Shown here: positions 23,291 through 37,200 of the stretch, piece after piece
How positions within the stretch are numbered: position 1 is the first letter of the stretch
How the letters are laid out: the number at the start of each line of letters is the position of its first letter
Source: Marsupella aquatica
Lineage: Eukaryota > Plantae > Marchantiophyta
Assembly: GCA_973895155.1 (NCBI GenBank)
Contig: OZ316897.1
Coordinates: 6,686,470-6,750,469, forward strand
DNA length: 64,000 bases
Direction of reading: 5' to 3'
Made by a program: the position numbers and the translations under genes
Notes under the pieces: generated by a model
What the model was told of the DNA's origin: nothing
The model's database searches: none
What the model saw: only the letters and a program-made list of their open reading frames with translations

Positions 23291-26200
23291 CCTACTGCAG
23301 ATCTGCAAAGCCAACGAAGAGGAAATTACTAGCAGATAACTCAGCATATTGTGTAGCACTGGGAATAATGTTACTTCCTAATAATGTGGATCACGCTAGT
23401 GGCCACTACGCTTACATTTAGGAAAAAAAGCACACTAATTATATGTACCTCCATTTTAAAGAAATGCCAAATATTGTCCACATTATTTGCATTCGCTATC
23501 CATTTTTGGGTGGCAAAAAAGAAAATGGGCTCGAAGGGGAAAAAAATTCTTGACATCTTAACCTTCATACAAGTGCAAGACAGGGCAGAGTACATTGAAC
23601 CTAAATGGTGTCAGTTTCACAGCTGTGCTTTAGAAAGCTCGTGATAGACAAAGCAATGTTGCTGCAGAATATTTGATCATGTTACTTGGAATGACCTGAA
23701 AAAACGCATCGGCAAGCTAAAAAACGTTTCAGATAGGTCAGATGTCAGAAAATAGAGCAAAGTGACTCAGTCCAGTCAGTGTTTTAAAAGCACTGTATAC
23801 TGATAGAGCAAAGTGCTTGGGAAAAGCAGTCAATGTGTACACCAAAATGCTTGGAATATTCTTGTTATTCAAATCTTGTTATTCAAAATTTATTCACATA
23901 GCAGGTAGTGTTTGCATTGTTTTTAAAATGAAAAAAATGAAACAAGAGAACAAGAGAAGAATACCTTGGGAAGCTAAGCCAGGATGGACTGATACATTGT
24001 CCATGCCAGTCCTCATAAACTGCGTAAAGCAATCACCGTTTTTACACCAAAAAGAAAAAGGAACCAGTCGCAAATTGCAGCTGATGACTTTGACTACCTT
24101 GTGGAGAAAATAATCAAGACGTCATGATGTTTTTGAAAATAACCTCAATTTAGTGTAATGGCTCAATAATGTTGCCAGAGAAGATTGAAGCTTCTTTATC
24201 TTGAAACTCCAATTTCAATCCAATTGAAAGCAAGCAAAATGGATCAATGAAATGAAAAATGTGATTGAAACCACTTGCACCATTCCATTGCTCCCATATC
24301 ACGTATTTGAGTCTGCCGCATAAGAAATTGTCAAGCCAGCATGAACTTCACAAGTACAACCCGCATTTTCAAAATGTGCATGATGTCCAAGTCGTCAACT
24401 GTTAACGACGTAAATCTTACTTTTGAATTTGGCAGATTGGGTTGATTTATTTTAAGAGCTCCTGGATCTCTGTTTAAGCTGAAAGTTTTCCAGCGTGGTC
24501 TCTGATGTACAATCTATTGCATGACAAATGTTGAGACTTTTTTGAAGTCATTTGCTTCATTTCTGATCAACACAAAAGATGGTCAAATATTGTAAATCAT
24601 GATTTCACTTTACACTAGGATATTTTCATGTGGGTCAACTGAAAATGAGTGTTCATGAGTAATGACAAGATGTCATGAGGTCTGGCTTTCAAGTTCATGG
24701 TAGTCAAGTCATCAAGTTATCAAAGAGACCAGTTCCATAATGTAAGTGAAACTGGCTGCAAGCAATTAACAGACCGTTTACAGGTTACATTTTAGTCAAA
24801 AGTGTACACAAGATTATCTGAGTCAAAAGACAAAGTGAAAGTACATCCGGGCATTAGTTTCATACCCTGGTCTTGCATTATGTACCCAACTAAAAATAAT
24901 TCATGTTTTGCACATGAGCAAACCAGGATAGCAAGATGGCACTAAGGCCCACTGTGTCCGTGGTAGGACCCACCAAAGAACCTAGGTCCAATGGTACAAT
25001 TAAGTAGGTCTAGGCTTTACCTTGTGACGGTGTCCCACTTGGGTCCAGACCTGGTCCAGTAGGCCTACTGGCATTTACCCACGTGGTGGGCTGCCCTTGT
25101 ACTTCCTTGGGTTTTTCTTCTCCCAATACAAACACTCATTCAAGGCACACAGAGGAAGAAGAAGGTTGTGGGTTGCAATGTTTGGCTTCTGTTTTTGCAC
25201 AGCAGATCAAATTCACGTTTTCAGTGGGCAATCTCGTCCCCACAGCAAGAAGATAGTTGGAGAGCTCTTGTAGGAGTAATATTGCAGAGTTGACAGGGCT
25301 CACCAACTTCAAAATGCCAACACCGTCCGCAGCAACCGTTCGCCCAAATCCGGTCGAGTCTTCCACATTGATCGAGGAAGGATGCAGTTCCCTTCTTATT
25401 TCTTGTTTGGCCTCCTGCTTTTCTGCTTGCCTGTGTGCTTGCTTGTGTGATGGATAAATCAGCTCTGCTCAAACTACCCGGTTGCGGCAACGAGCACAAT
25501 TTTGCTGTGGGAATGATAAGTAAGGGACCTGTCTTGGTCATGTCCTCGTCACTTCAGCTCAGCGCCATTCAACTCAATTCACTTCAATCCAGCTCCGGTC
25601 GATCGATTCAGTTCACTTCAGCGCAACTACATTCAGGTCAGTTGGAATTGGTTGGAAACCAGCTACTGTACGCCAGCATCTATTCGTGTGCAGTGCAGTG
25701 TGCACTATGGGGTGGTTCACGGTCAGACTGCTTTTTGTAAACGGCGTCAATGTGGAAGATGTGCTTGCCATGCCAAAGCTTCTTTTGAATGTGCCTTCCA
25801 ACCTCTTGGACCTCCCGGATGCTAAGGATAAGTCACCAGCAGTGTGCACTCCTCTGCCGCCGAGTGAACACATAAATTGCATTCACGCCATTTGCGATCC
25901 TGTCCCTGATTTCTTTCTGGACTTCATTCCCGATAGGAAAGATCCTGCCGTACTTCTTTTTGTGGTCATTGGTGGGATTCTGATGATGTCTTCAGAGGTG
26001 GTGGGCTATCCCTCGGCAGCAGCTGAAATTTGCGTATGCTCCTAGGGAGCCTTCCGGAGGTCTCTGATGGGCTGTTTGTGGAGGATGTACTGCAAAGTCC
26101 GGGTGGAGGTGGAGTTATAGTCATCGACGTACTGTTTTGCCACATGATAGGAGCATTTTCTGGTGAGGCATGTGCGATGCCGAATTGCCTATCAACAAGC

Positions 26201-27850
26201 GTGCCCTGCTTGGTGCACATTTTACACGGTCGGAGTTAGCTCCGGCTTGCCCTCTCTGGAGCTGGTGGCCGCCTTCGGTCAATGTCTTGATGAACTGGCT
26301 CGCGATCTCTTAGTTCACGACATTTGTTCCCGTCACCAGGGAGTGAATAAGTGTCCATTGCTCCCTCAAAATTTTGTCCAAAATCAAGCCTCGGTCTCCT
26401 AGAAGTATCGTCTATTTAAGTATCATGCGAAGTCGTTTCTGTTAGCTGTAGCTCGCTCCTATAATTTAGCAGTACCCTGTGAGCTGGGAGTGATCTCCTT
26501 CACTTGGCGGTGGCTTTCTTCACTAAACGATAGTCCAGAGCATCGGATGATGGCCTTTCGGCACTGTACCTACTGTTGTGTTTTCTTCAACTATGCTAGA
26601 AATCTTTACTCTGGTACAGTAGCCACTGCCAAGAGCATTGGCAAAATACATGAATGTGCATTCAAAAAATCGTTGAGTCTGTCAAACCAGTCTTCAATGC
26701 GGTAAATGTATCAGAAAAGAGAGGATGGATTGACATAGAAAATGACTTACTGTTGAGTAGGACTCTACGGGATGAGTTGGTTGCAATTTAAGACATGGCC
26801 AATTGACTTGATGCAATGTACCGAGAATTAGTTAGGAATTTGGGTTTTTTAATTCTGAGTTGAAGATGCCCGACTGTGCACTCAAGGGAGAGCTAAGAAT
26901 TTGATTCTAAACTCAGCTGTACATGATCGGTACTCTGAATTAAAACGATGGGAAAGCCGGACAGATGAAAAATCTGCATTGTCTGTGCGGTCGCGTGTAG
27001 GAGTGGACAACGCGATAGATGGGAGCAAGTTATGAGAACATGAGGTTCTACCCTCTTGAAAGCATGTATCCAAATTAATGGCAAATGTTGAAAGCATGTA
27101 TTCAAATTAATTGCTGTTCAGCCTGCTCTTCCATGACTTCCATCTTCTCGTGCAGCAGGGGGCGTTCATGTGCGTTGTTGGGATCGAAGTGGGCCCATTT
27201 TTGTTAGAAAAGAGCAATTTAATTGTGGGGGATATTTCAGCGATTATAAAGGTATTAGGTTTGCGGCCATTCAACAGCGAAAGATACCGTTTCATGGGAG
27301 TCGTGCTGTGACTACTTTCCAAGGTGACCCTAAACCCATTATTCAAGCCTGACGGGTCGTTAATTGTGTTGATAATGTGGACCTTATTTTGTGCCTTTAC
27401 CTTCAATAGTATAATGTTCTATTCGATTATTTGTTTACGGAGCTTGGCTTGACTTGCTCTTATCAAAACTTGTCTTTCTAATGCTTTCATCAGAGTGTGA
27501 CCCATGGACTTTAAAGTCTATCCATGCTCTCGAACACTCAGGAGGTCCGTCCTTTCTTGTCCGTTGTTTGTCTTTGTCATTCAAGCCTGAATTTTATCAC
27601 AGAAACAAGGCTTGGCGATGGGCATATATGTTACCTTGGCTGGCAATGTGTTCATTTGGTTTCAGGTCTGGCGGCTCAATAGCTAGATTTGATGTATTGT
27701 TAAATCTAACAGCATTGCGTAACTTTTGGAGGAGTCTCGAGACTTGGATCTCAAGATTAGGTTCATATGCAAGGACTTAATCCGCAGACACATCGTGATC
27801 AAAGCATTGTGGTGTTTGAATCTGCAGGGTGCGAAGGAGTGATCTTAAAT

Positions 27851-30145
27851 ATGAATGGAGATGGACAGTGTCAGGGAGTAGTGGTTGCAGGAACCTTTGA
27901 CAGGCTTCACGTTGGGCATACTCAACTGTTAATGAAAGCTCTGTCCCTAGTTGCGGAAGGGGGGCGTCTAATAGTTGGCATCTCCAACGGGAAACGCCTT
28001 TCACAAAAGCCACTGAGTGAGGTAAGCTTACCCACATCATACGCGAAATTGCCAATTTCCCTGGTTAGTCTTGAGTTGTCTCTAATTCACTGTCCTGTTG
28101 GTGAATTCTAGTTAGTCTCGACTTGTTTCTGAATCACTGTGTGCTAGTTGGTGAATTGTAACGTTTGCTGCGATTATCCCCTCGAAGTTATGGGAGTCCT
28201 TTCTCGATAATCCTGGACCCTCTAATTACCACCCCGTGAAGGTAAGTTTGACATAATCTGAGTCCACTGTTGAGTCCTTGCAGTTAATTGAACCATTTTA
28301 CGTTCGTGTTGGAGCCGTGGAGCAATATCTTAAGGAGTTGGCAGAATCTCATGGGCAATGTATTGACATTAGATGCCTTGAGATTGAGGAGGCTTTTCCC
28401 AAAGGAGTTGTTTCCGATCCCCACCTGGATTGCATCGTTGTTAATCAGTATACTGAAGAGGGTGCGCTTGCGTTCAACAAATATCGTTTCGCCACGGGAC
28501 TTTCTCCACTGAAGGTCAGCTTTGTTTCGTCAAGCCCACAATACATCGTTTCCGCAACCTCTATTCTCAAATGCTGTCAGTGAGACTGAAAGCTCAGGGC
28601 ATTCCTTTTAATTTCACTATTGAGAGTGTACAGTTTCCTCGCTTGTTTTGGTGCGAATTATGTATGCGTCATGTCTCAGACATGGTCTTTACCGTGGCAG
28701 GTCGTTGTGGTCGCAATTGTCCACGATAAGGAATCAAAAGGACTAAAATTCAGTTCCTCCTCTCTCCGTCGTCAATCTCTGGGTACACATATTCAAAGGT
28801 GTTGTCCTCTGTTCCTCCTTTTACAGGTTGTCGGGGATGGATATCCCTGTCTTCTAGCTCTCATGGAATTAATTGTATGCACATGATTTATCTTCCAATG
28901 TCTCAGGCGAAGTTTTGCGTTTGGCTTTTATGCTGGCAAGGAACAAGCCTAATTGAAATGCGGTCTGTCGTTGCTTCAAGATTGGCTGTATGGCAGTTTT
29001 TCTGACACAGTTGCCCTAAATGGCTCTCTGGGGTTGACAGGGACAAAGGAGAGAGGCTGTCCGGGGGTCCTCTAGTTACTAGTCCTTACATGGTCGGTCT
29101 CACTGGGGGAATTGCAGCGGGCAAATCATATGTCCGTGAACTGCTGAAGGATAAAGGGGCATTTGTGATGGACTGTGATTCCCTTGGTCATCTCTCATAT
29201 GTCCCGGGGACCCCAACCTATCAGGCCATGGTTGCAGCTTTTGGACAAGTGATCGTCAATTCTGGTAGACCTATGTTGGAGAAGAATGAGCTACAAATGT
29301 TGAAAAATATATTAATCACTGGTGTCCTACTTATTGACCTGAATATGTTTTGTCATGTCCATGAGTTTTATTGCAGAAAACAGGTTTTTTCATCAAGTAG
29401 AAATTGGAGACCTTCTAGTGTTGTGTGCTTTACAGTATTGCGTTGTGCCCACCCTCTGTTATTTCTGCAGTGAAACCGCGCTTACCAGCTGAATGATTGT
29501 ACAGTGGATGGACAGATTGACAGACAAATCTTAGGCTCCATTGTTTTCGCTGATCCCGTCAAAATGGACGTCCTGAAAAGGATTGTGTGGGCTGCTGTGG
29601 AAAATTTGGTTGCCGAGAAGAGAGAAAGGGTTGCTGAGCAGGGACAGCCGATTTTTTTTGCCGAAGCAGCTCTTCTACTAGAGGCTCACTGGGAGAAGGA
29701 GATGAACGAAATTTGGGTGGTTTTTGCACCGCAGGATGTATCGCGCCAGCGCTTAATGTTGAGAAATCAGATTAGTGAAGAAGAGGCAAACAAGCGTATC
29801 AGATCCCAGGTAGGATGAGAATTGCCAATATTGCGTTTCAGCACCAAAGTGGTACTGAAACTAAAAGAACCTAGATTAGATGACTATTTTTTGCTAGGAG
29901 GCTGGTCTTGTGATTAGAAAATGGTTAATCTCTTATGATCTACAGACGTCTGCTGTAAGATCTGGTGATTTCTGCAGATGAGTAGTGAGCAACGAATTGC
30001 GCTTGCGGATGTTGTCCTCTATAATGGCTGGACAAAGGATGAAACCAAACAACAGGTTGAGAAAGCATGGGAACTTCTCGTCCAACGTGTGAGTTTGATA
30101 TCATCCCAAGGTGATGCACTAAAAGCAATTCTGTCTATTTTGTGA
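27851..30145 (+). CDS. COASY: Bifunctional coenzyme A synthase (phosphopantetheine adenylyltransferase + dephospho-CoA kinase); exons ~27851-28021, 28284-28514, 28701-28798, 29041-29264, 29505-29809, 29978-30145 (start and stop uncertain)
   Basis: AGTFDRLHVGH (HxGH nucleotidyltransferase motif), KFSSSSLRRQ, then P-loop GLTGGIAAGKS, DCDSLGH, AALLLEAHW, RIRSQM, QVEKAWELL. Exon phases are compatible. Confidence 0.88.
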
Positions 30146-30968
30146 CATACACTTAGACTAGACTCTGGAAGGTTCTTTAACATTAAAGTGATGTCTGAAA
30201 AAATTAAAACTTGGATTCAAGTGCCTACTTATAAACTCGTATCATTCCGCTAGAGACTATGTCTGCACTGAGGTGACCACTTCCTCAACTTGTTCTTGTA
30301 AATTCAAAAGTAAATCAGACTGGCTCAATTTTTTGTTATTCTAGCTCGTCCAATTACGATCTGTTCTTGAGTCGCAAAATGACCTGCTTTGCAAGGTTTT
30401 AACTATTTAGGTTGTACGTGAGGTCTTATTTTCTGTAGTGAAACGATCCTGTGTTGAGATCTACGACGGGCTGATAAGTTAGTATGTACCGTCGGTCTAA
30501 CTTAAATGAAGGACTTCCCCAAACCACAGAAAAGTTCCTCAAAATAACAATCAGAAGGTTTCTTCAAATTGAAATTGACATTCAGTCGATATGTCCAGAC
30601 ACTCATTGAAGACAGCAGTTAAATCTTAATATCTTATTCAATCTCCCGCAATCTGTAGTCCCCTCTTCCTGCTTTAGGACCATGCTCCACAAGATAAGAC
30701 CCATACTCCTCAACTTATGACGTTCAGGGCGTTCAGGGCCTGCCTCCCCAGCATTGAGTTGAACCTCGCAGTGCCGGGAAGTAGAAGTTTAGGGGGAGAG
30801 CATGTATAAACAAACAACTGTGGAGTCTTAAGTTTGCCTCTTCCGCAGCAGGGAAGAATGACTTTGACCAACGCTTTTCATTGATGACTAGTGAATGAGC
30901 ATTTGACATCATCTCAACAGCTAGTGATTGGGTATTTGCTGCAACAGACAGAAGCCTCTATCACAGAA

Positions 30969-32568
30969 ATGGAACCAGAAAAGGGAATGGATTGTCAATC
31001 TAGAGGACTTTCCAGTAAGGTACAAACCACGACAAAAAAGTATAAAGTAATATCCTCAATTCAGAGTGTACTTCTTGAACTTGAAGTTTGAAGTTTGAAG
31101 GAGCCCAATCGAGAGTTGCAATGAGTTGAACAGCAGGGCACAGAATGTATAGCTGTTGAATCTACTATATCGATATGCGCAGGAAAGAATGAAGGTCCTC
31201 TTTGGGTCAGGTGGGCAGGGCTTATGAGACGCCTCTGCATTAATGAGGACGTTGCACTCGAGTGGTGGTTGAAACTAAAATGCAAATATGGAGAGCCTTG
31301 GCGTCATTACCACACTTTCATGCATCTTCAAGCACTATACGATCACTTTCATGAGTAAACTGTTCACCCTAGACCATATTGGGTGCATTGAATTCAAAAC
31401 CAAGTGTGGTGGAAAGTTTCCCAAATTTATACGAACAGTTTGTGAGGATCCCCACGTGAGAAAGTCTGGTTGGATTATGTCAGCATCCATGTCCCTCGTG
31501 GGTTGGTGATTTGTGAAGTACCACTGTGTTTGGCTGTGCTTAGAAAATAGATGAGGAACTAATTGTTTCCTCTGGATAATGATTTACAGATACGCACATT
31601 TTATCGCAGAGCCACGCATATTCCAACTTGCGATTTTCTTTCATCGAATAGTCTATCATCCAGCTGGTGTCAATTCATGCGAAAATGAGCTCTCCAGTGC
31701 GGTCAGTTTTGATGAGTTTGCCAAAGAAGCTTCTGTGGGGGCCACAGATGTAAGCACAGTATCTACAAATTCAATCGTTCTGAATATAAGATGGTGGCTA
31801 GCTGCTGTCAATGCAATGGATACTATCGTATTTTCGTACTCTTGAGTGGCTTTGGCATCTAGGTATTGATTGAGTAGATACTGCAGCGGATTCTGCTTTT
31901 CTTAGGTTCTTTCTTAGGGTATCTTCTGGATGAACAGTGATGTCAGGATCATCAGGAAACTTTCGGTGCTCATTTTCAATTTTCTAATAGATAGAGTGAG
32001 CTCTTTTTCAGATAGAAAAGGTAAAAGCTTTCATTCTCTTCAACGGGCAAGACATTTCTTGTGAAGTCGCTGTGACTGGAGATTTGGCATTCTTTCTTGA
32101 CTTCAACCTTGGTAACTAAAAAGTTCACTCAACCTTTCCCTGGGTCTATCTGATATTCCGACGCGGCCCCCATTTAAGAGCTGCAAAGAATTGAATCTTA
32201 CACGCCTGCATAATTTTCTCGTAATTTTTGGCGAGTTTTCTGCACGTTTGAATGATATAATCTGTACTGGTTGGAATCTAGTTTGTCTGAATAATCGATT
32301 TTTGTGCTGTGTTAATTTCTACCGTTGTCCTGCAGCTGTGCTGGGAAGTGGTCCCAAAGAATATAAGGAGTACAAAGCCAAAATTCGAAAGGAGTTCCAA
32401 GATTATGATGATGAGCACTTCCAAATGTTATTCAAGAATCACTTGCAGCATCATATAAGTCACACACAGATCTTTTACACCAGCACATTTCAATTGGAAT
32501 ACTTCACTGCAGCTCAGGCCAATCTCTGTGAAGACAATTCTCTCAAATCGCTAACATCATGCTTATGA
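30969..32568 (+). CDS. Divergent HD-superfamily predicted metal-dependent phosphohydrolase (COG4339-like); possibly pseudogenised; exons ~30969-31014, 31183-31354, 31590-?, 32336-32568
   Basis: WWLKLKCKYGEPWRHYHTFMHL; LAIFFHRIVYHP...NELSSA; AVLGSGPKEYKEYKAKIRKEF...AQANL. The end of the third exon is unresolved. Confidence 0.6.
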
Positions 32569-34271
32569 CATGCTGTCATGTAGTTATTTCAATGCCATTA
32601 ACTAAGTTATGTTCCATTCCATCAATATCCTGTACCAGCATCATGCAATGTCGGTTAAATGAACGGTTGCAACTAACAGAAAAACTCTACGATTCAGAAT
32701 AGGATATCTCAAACAAAATAAGTTGTTTTCAATTGCAATGTGCTTTGCTTTCCATGGGGGTCGGCGGTTGTTAAGGCAACAGTTTCGTTTCTTTCTACTC
32801 GACAACTGTGAGTGGGAGATGAAGTAAAACAATTAGATCTTCAGTTTGCTTAGAGCTCTAGTTGCCCTTGCATAAAGCCTTCGCCACCAGAAGTTAGACT
32901 CTTGGAAGTGGCGGTGTGCTACTACTGCTACAGAATCGGCTATAGAGCTTCATGTGATAACTTTTAAAAACTGCAACAAAAGTGCAAACGAGAATGGTTC
33001 TCAATCTCATGCAAATTCAATCGAGTTATGGTGAAAATTAGCGAATCCTGATCTCACAAAAAATCAACGGACAAACAACATATCTACACTTGGAAAAAAC
33101 TTGCCATCAAGTCAGGCGTTTCTTTGATTACTCTTCCATTGTGTACACACAATGTTCAGAGTGCACTTTAGCTAGTCAGATATTTATAGCAGAAGCTCTG
33201 AGCCTTTTCTGTACTCTTTCTTCCATACTCACCAGGCTTGTCAGGTTCCTGCTCAGTAGAGCTTCAGTTCAAGCTTCAGTTCTTTTGCTTTGTAGGGACT
33301 CTTGGACTTTTTGGCTCTTTGATCTTCTTGGGGTTTCGCCTTTGTTTTATCCCCTTTATTGGGTCTCCTGCGTTTGGGATCCTTTGGGATCGTGTCTCTT
33401 GGTTTGGTGCATTTTTTGTTTGGCAGTGTGATGTAGTCGTCTTTGTAGCTAGCCCTTCTCGTTCTAGTTTCACCTCCTGCCTTGTCACATGGCAGCAGTC
33501 TCTTCTCACTAGTCTCTCCTCTGACTCAATGACAATCTGGTGATCTGCTCATGTCCTTCATTCTGTGACAGTTTTGCTGACCCCATTGTCTCTTCCTTGC
33601 TGGTGACCTTACATGGGTGCTGTGTTACTATTCTGAGTGGGAGTAATTACTGTATATGACACTTCATATTGCAACAATTTTCCCACAGGCAATATGCATG
33701 GGCAACAAGAAGAGTCTGACTTGGACTGAGAAAATATAAAGTGGACTTTGTGTTGGGGGTTTCCATCAATTTCCAGCTGCACAAGAATAGTGGGCTCCCA
33801 ACCTTTATGCAAAGAGGGAGGTTCTAATGTAGTACCTCTCTCAAAACTAACAACAACAAGAATTTGCCTATGACCCACTATGCCCAGAGGGATATCAAGG
33901 CACAAGATAGCACATCATTTACAGACATTACTCAGTGCACCAAGCACGTTATCTTTATTATCGTGGATGTCATCAAATCTGTTTTACATTTCTTATTTCA
34001 CTATTTGGTTCCATCTATTTACTGAATAGTAAACACAGAAAAGGCTTTCCAAACGCTGCCCATGTCAATTGATTCCTTTGGGCCCTCTTTTCTGATCCAA
34101 GTTTGACCAGCAAGAGATTAGTTTTTACATTTCTGGGAAGGAGGCAAAATTGGTACACTTCCCAAAATTAGGGAGGGGAACTGGTTGGCCTCCTATTGTC
34201 TACCTAGACATTGTGAGATCTCTTTGCATCTTTGAGAGAGCCATTAGATCTCAACTGGCATCCAGGTTTTT

Positions 34272-37200
34272 TTTCTTTTTTTTTTCTTTTTTGTTTTTCA
34301 AAAAGGGGCAAGCCCAAAACTTAATTAAGAGGGGCCAAACAAACCACCTGTCATGGGGAAGAAGACAGCCGAAGGAACAAAGCAAAATAAGGGGGCTAAT
34401 GGAGAGGGGCAACCCCCAACCCAGAACTCCAGTGAGAAGGGGCAGATCAGAGGAGGGTGGGGGGCCCGAAAAAATAGTCATTAAGCAACCTAACTAAAGG
34501 ACCAACCTTGCACCAAGAGCAGAAGCATAACCTAGAAGCAACCAAAAGAACAGACCCAGGAGCAGCCCACCACTCCATCCCCTCAGACCGCCAAAACCAA
34601 GACACCAGCAGCCGAGTCCCCACTGATGAGCAATCTCCCATTCCTGAAGGGGAAGACCAAGACCCCCCGAAATCCGGATGGGGAAACCTGGAGAAGAGAC
34701 AGCCCCCCGAACAGAGCCACATAAGGATGAAGGAGTCATGGTCGGTGGGACCCTCAAAATATGGTGAGCGCCACGCGAATAGAGCCATATCCGTAGATCA
34801 CCAGAGGGCAAAGAAGTGCATAATGAGGAGAGGAGCCCTCCCGAGTTGGAGCCAAAGAATCAGTGATTCGATATAGTCGGGGAATAGTCCAAACCACCAG
34901 GAAAAAGTGGAAGAATTCGCAGTGGGTAGCACATATGAAACTTGGAGACTGCACGACCGCCAGGAGGGAGGGAGGACCATGCCGGAACCGGCTGCAGGGC
35001 CTCCAACGGATGGGGGAGAGACAAGGCCAAACAGATAGGAGTCCCGACTGCCAAAGATATGCCTGCTCAGTAACACAGACCATGAACCAGTGCCCGGGCA
35101 TTGGCTAGCCCAGAGGAGGAGTGGACTGGATCCCCGAGAATGACCGATGGCTGCAACCAAGCCATGGATACAACGAGTGGAGCAGGTCAGCCAGAGAATG
35201 TAACATCTAGAGTGTAACAGAAACTATTGAGAGAGAAATGTATCCCATCCCAGCAGACAAGGTAACCAAACTAGTCTTACTATCAGTGCCAAATAAGAAC
35301 GTTCCATAGCAAATCATTTGTACTGAGTCATTGATACGATAATCCAGAGCAGAATGAGCAACAAAGCCATCCGAGAGGCCGCGAGCTAGGGAGGAGAGGT
35401 CCGGGCGAAGGGCCAGAGATAGAGCCCAGGAGGTGGGGGGCAGAGGCCGAAACACCAGCATAGGAATGGGGCAGGGAGAAGGGGTCCCGAGATCAAATTG
35501 AGTGAGGAGAATCCGGGGGAGAACCAGAGACCAGAGACCCCTGAGCCCGAGCAAGAGATCTGGTGTGGTAGATCCCGATCGAGGACAGGGAGGGAAAATA
35601 GTGAAACTTCCAGAGCCCATCCAAAGGATAACAATGGGCAGAAAGGAACCAGATAGGATACCCAGGTTCGGGAACGCAGATGGAGAGAGACAAAATTGGG
35701 GAAGGGTGCAGAAGTCCCACAATACCAAAGATAGACGATGAATAGGGGAGTCAGTGGTGGATACAAGGGGACTAATGGAGGAGCAGAATTAAGCAAGAGG
35801 GGAACACAAAAGGATATATCCCAGGGATACGGGGGATCGAGAAAGAATCTAGAATCATGGTCAACGAAGGGGACGAGAGGCTAGAGGATGAGAGATGAAT
35901 TTAACTGCATAATGTAGCCTCTGTTTTTTTTTTAAACTATTTGAGCAATGGCCTACTGAGTGAATATGTTGAACCACAGATAATGCAGCTGCGTAGGGAG
36001 AGAAGATGATTGTTTCCCCCTGGAACAACCAACTATTCCGGTGTTTCCAGAGCAGCCAAACTGTTTCATAAACCACAAACAACCGAGCTGATAGCCGAGG
36101 GGATCGGCCAAGAGCCAAGTCCAGGATATTCGTGAGGGAGGAACCGCCATGAATATGAGAGAGGGCAGGCAGGCGCTCGTAGAACCATATAGTCCTGTTC
36201 CAGACGGAAGTAGCTTGAGGACAAGAGAAGAAGATGTGTCGATTGTCTTCCAACGAGCCCCGGCAGAAAGGGCACGAGCCATCTCCGTGACCACATTGAA
36301 GAGCCCGTTTCCCTGTGAACAGGCCAGCCGCGAGAACTCGCCATAGAAAATTTTTCCCCCTATTTGATAAATCAGATCTCCATAACCTCCTCCAGCGGCG
36401 CCTCCAAGTGACAGCATCATCGGTAGATAGCCACCTAGAGTTGAAAGAGCCAAACTCGCCAGAAGAGCGATCGAGGAGCCGATATGCCTGGGCACTACTT
36501 AGATAAGCCGGTCGGTTGTGATTATCTATGCCCAGGTGCCATTTCCATTGAGAATCCACGAACAAGGGAGAGAAAGAGGGATGCGGGCCGCATTGAAGTA
36601 GTTGGATGAGGTCCAAAATGATCGTTCTCCCGGCCGGACTATACCCCCGCAGCCTCCTAGTACCTGGTAAGAAATCCACCCAAGACCCAGATCTCCAATC
36701 CCACAAGTCATAAACATATCGGAGGTTAATTCTATTATACGCAGACAGGATCCAAGGTAGAGACGAAACTGGGATCCCCAATGAGATGGACGATCGTTGG
36801 AGCAGATCATTGATACTCCATCTAGCGGGAATAGCACTAGAGGTGGAGGTCCATTGCAAGTTACTCCTGATCCGTTCCCAAGCAGACCAAATGCCGGCTA
36901 TGTAGTTCATACCTCGAAAGCTTGATGGGGAGGAGAATAGGAACCGGTCCATCATGGTGTATCCAGAATTGCGGAGAGCAACAAAGTTCTTCCATGCAGC
37001 CAAGCGGAGGTTAGCTGTAAACAATATAGCCCATTCAGATGAGGGGTTAGAGATCATACGAACTGCCCACCGGGCCAGCAAGGCCGCTGCTTGAGTCTGG
37101 ATGTTCTTGAAGCCAAGGCCTCCCAGCTCCTTCCTGAGGCACATACGGTCCCACGAAATGAGAGGAGTCTTCCGGCCACCATCTTTGTTGAATCCCCATA

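Noticed and set aside
25136-26402. Several 70-120 aa ORFs on both strands
   Set aside because: Ser/Thr-rich, interrupted by stops, with no recognisable family or consistent exon chain.
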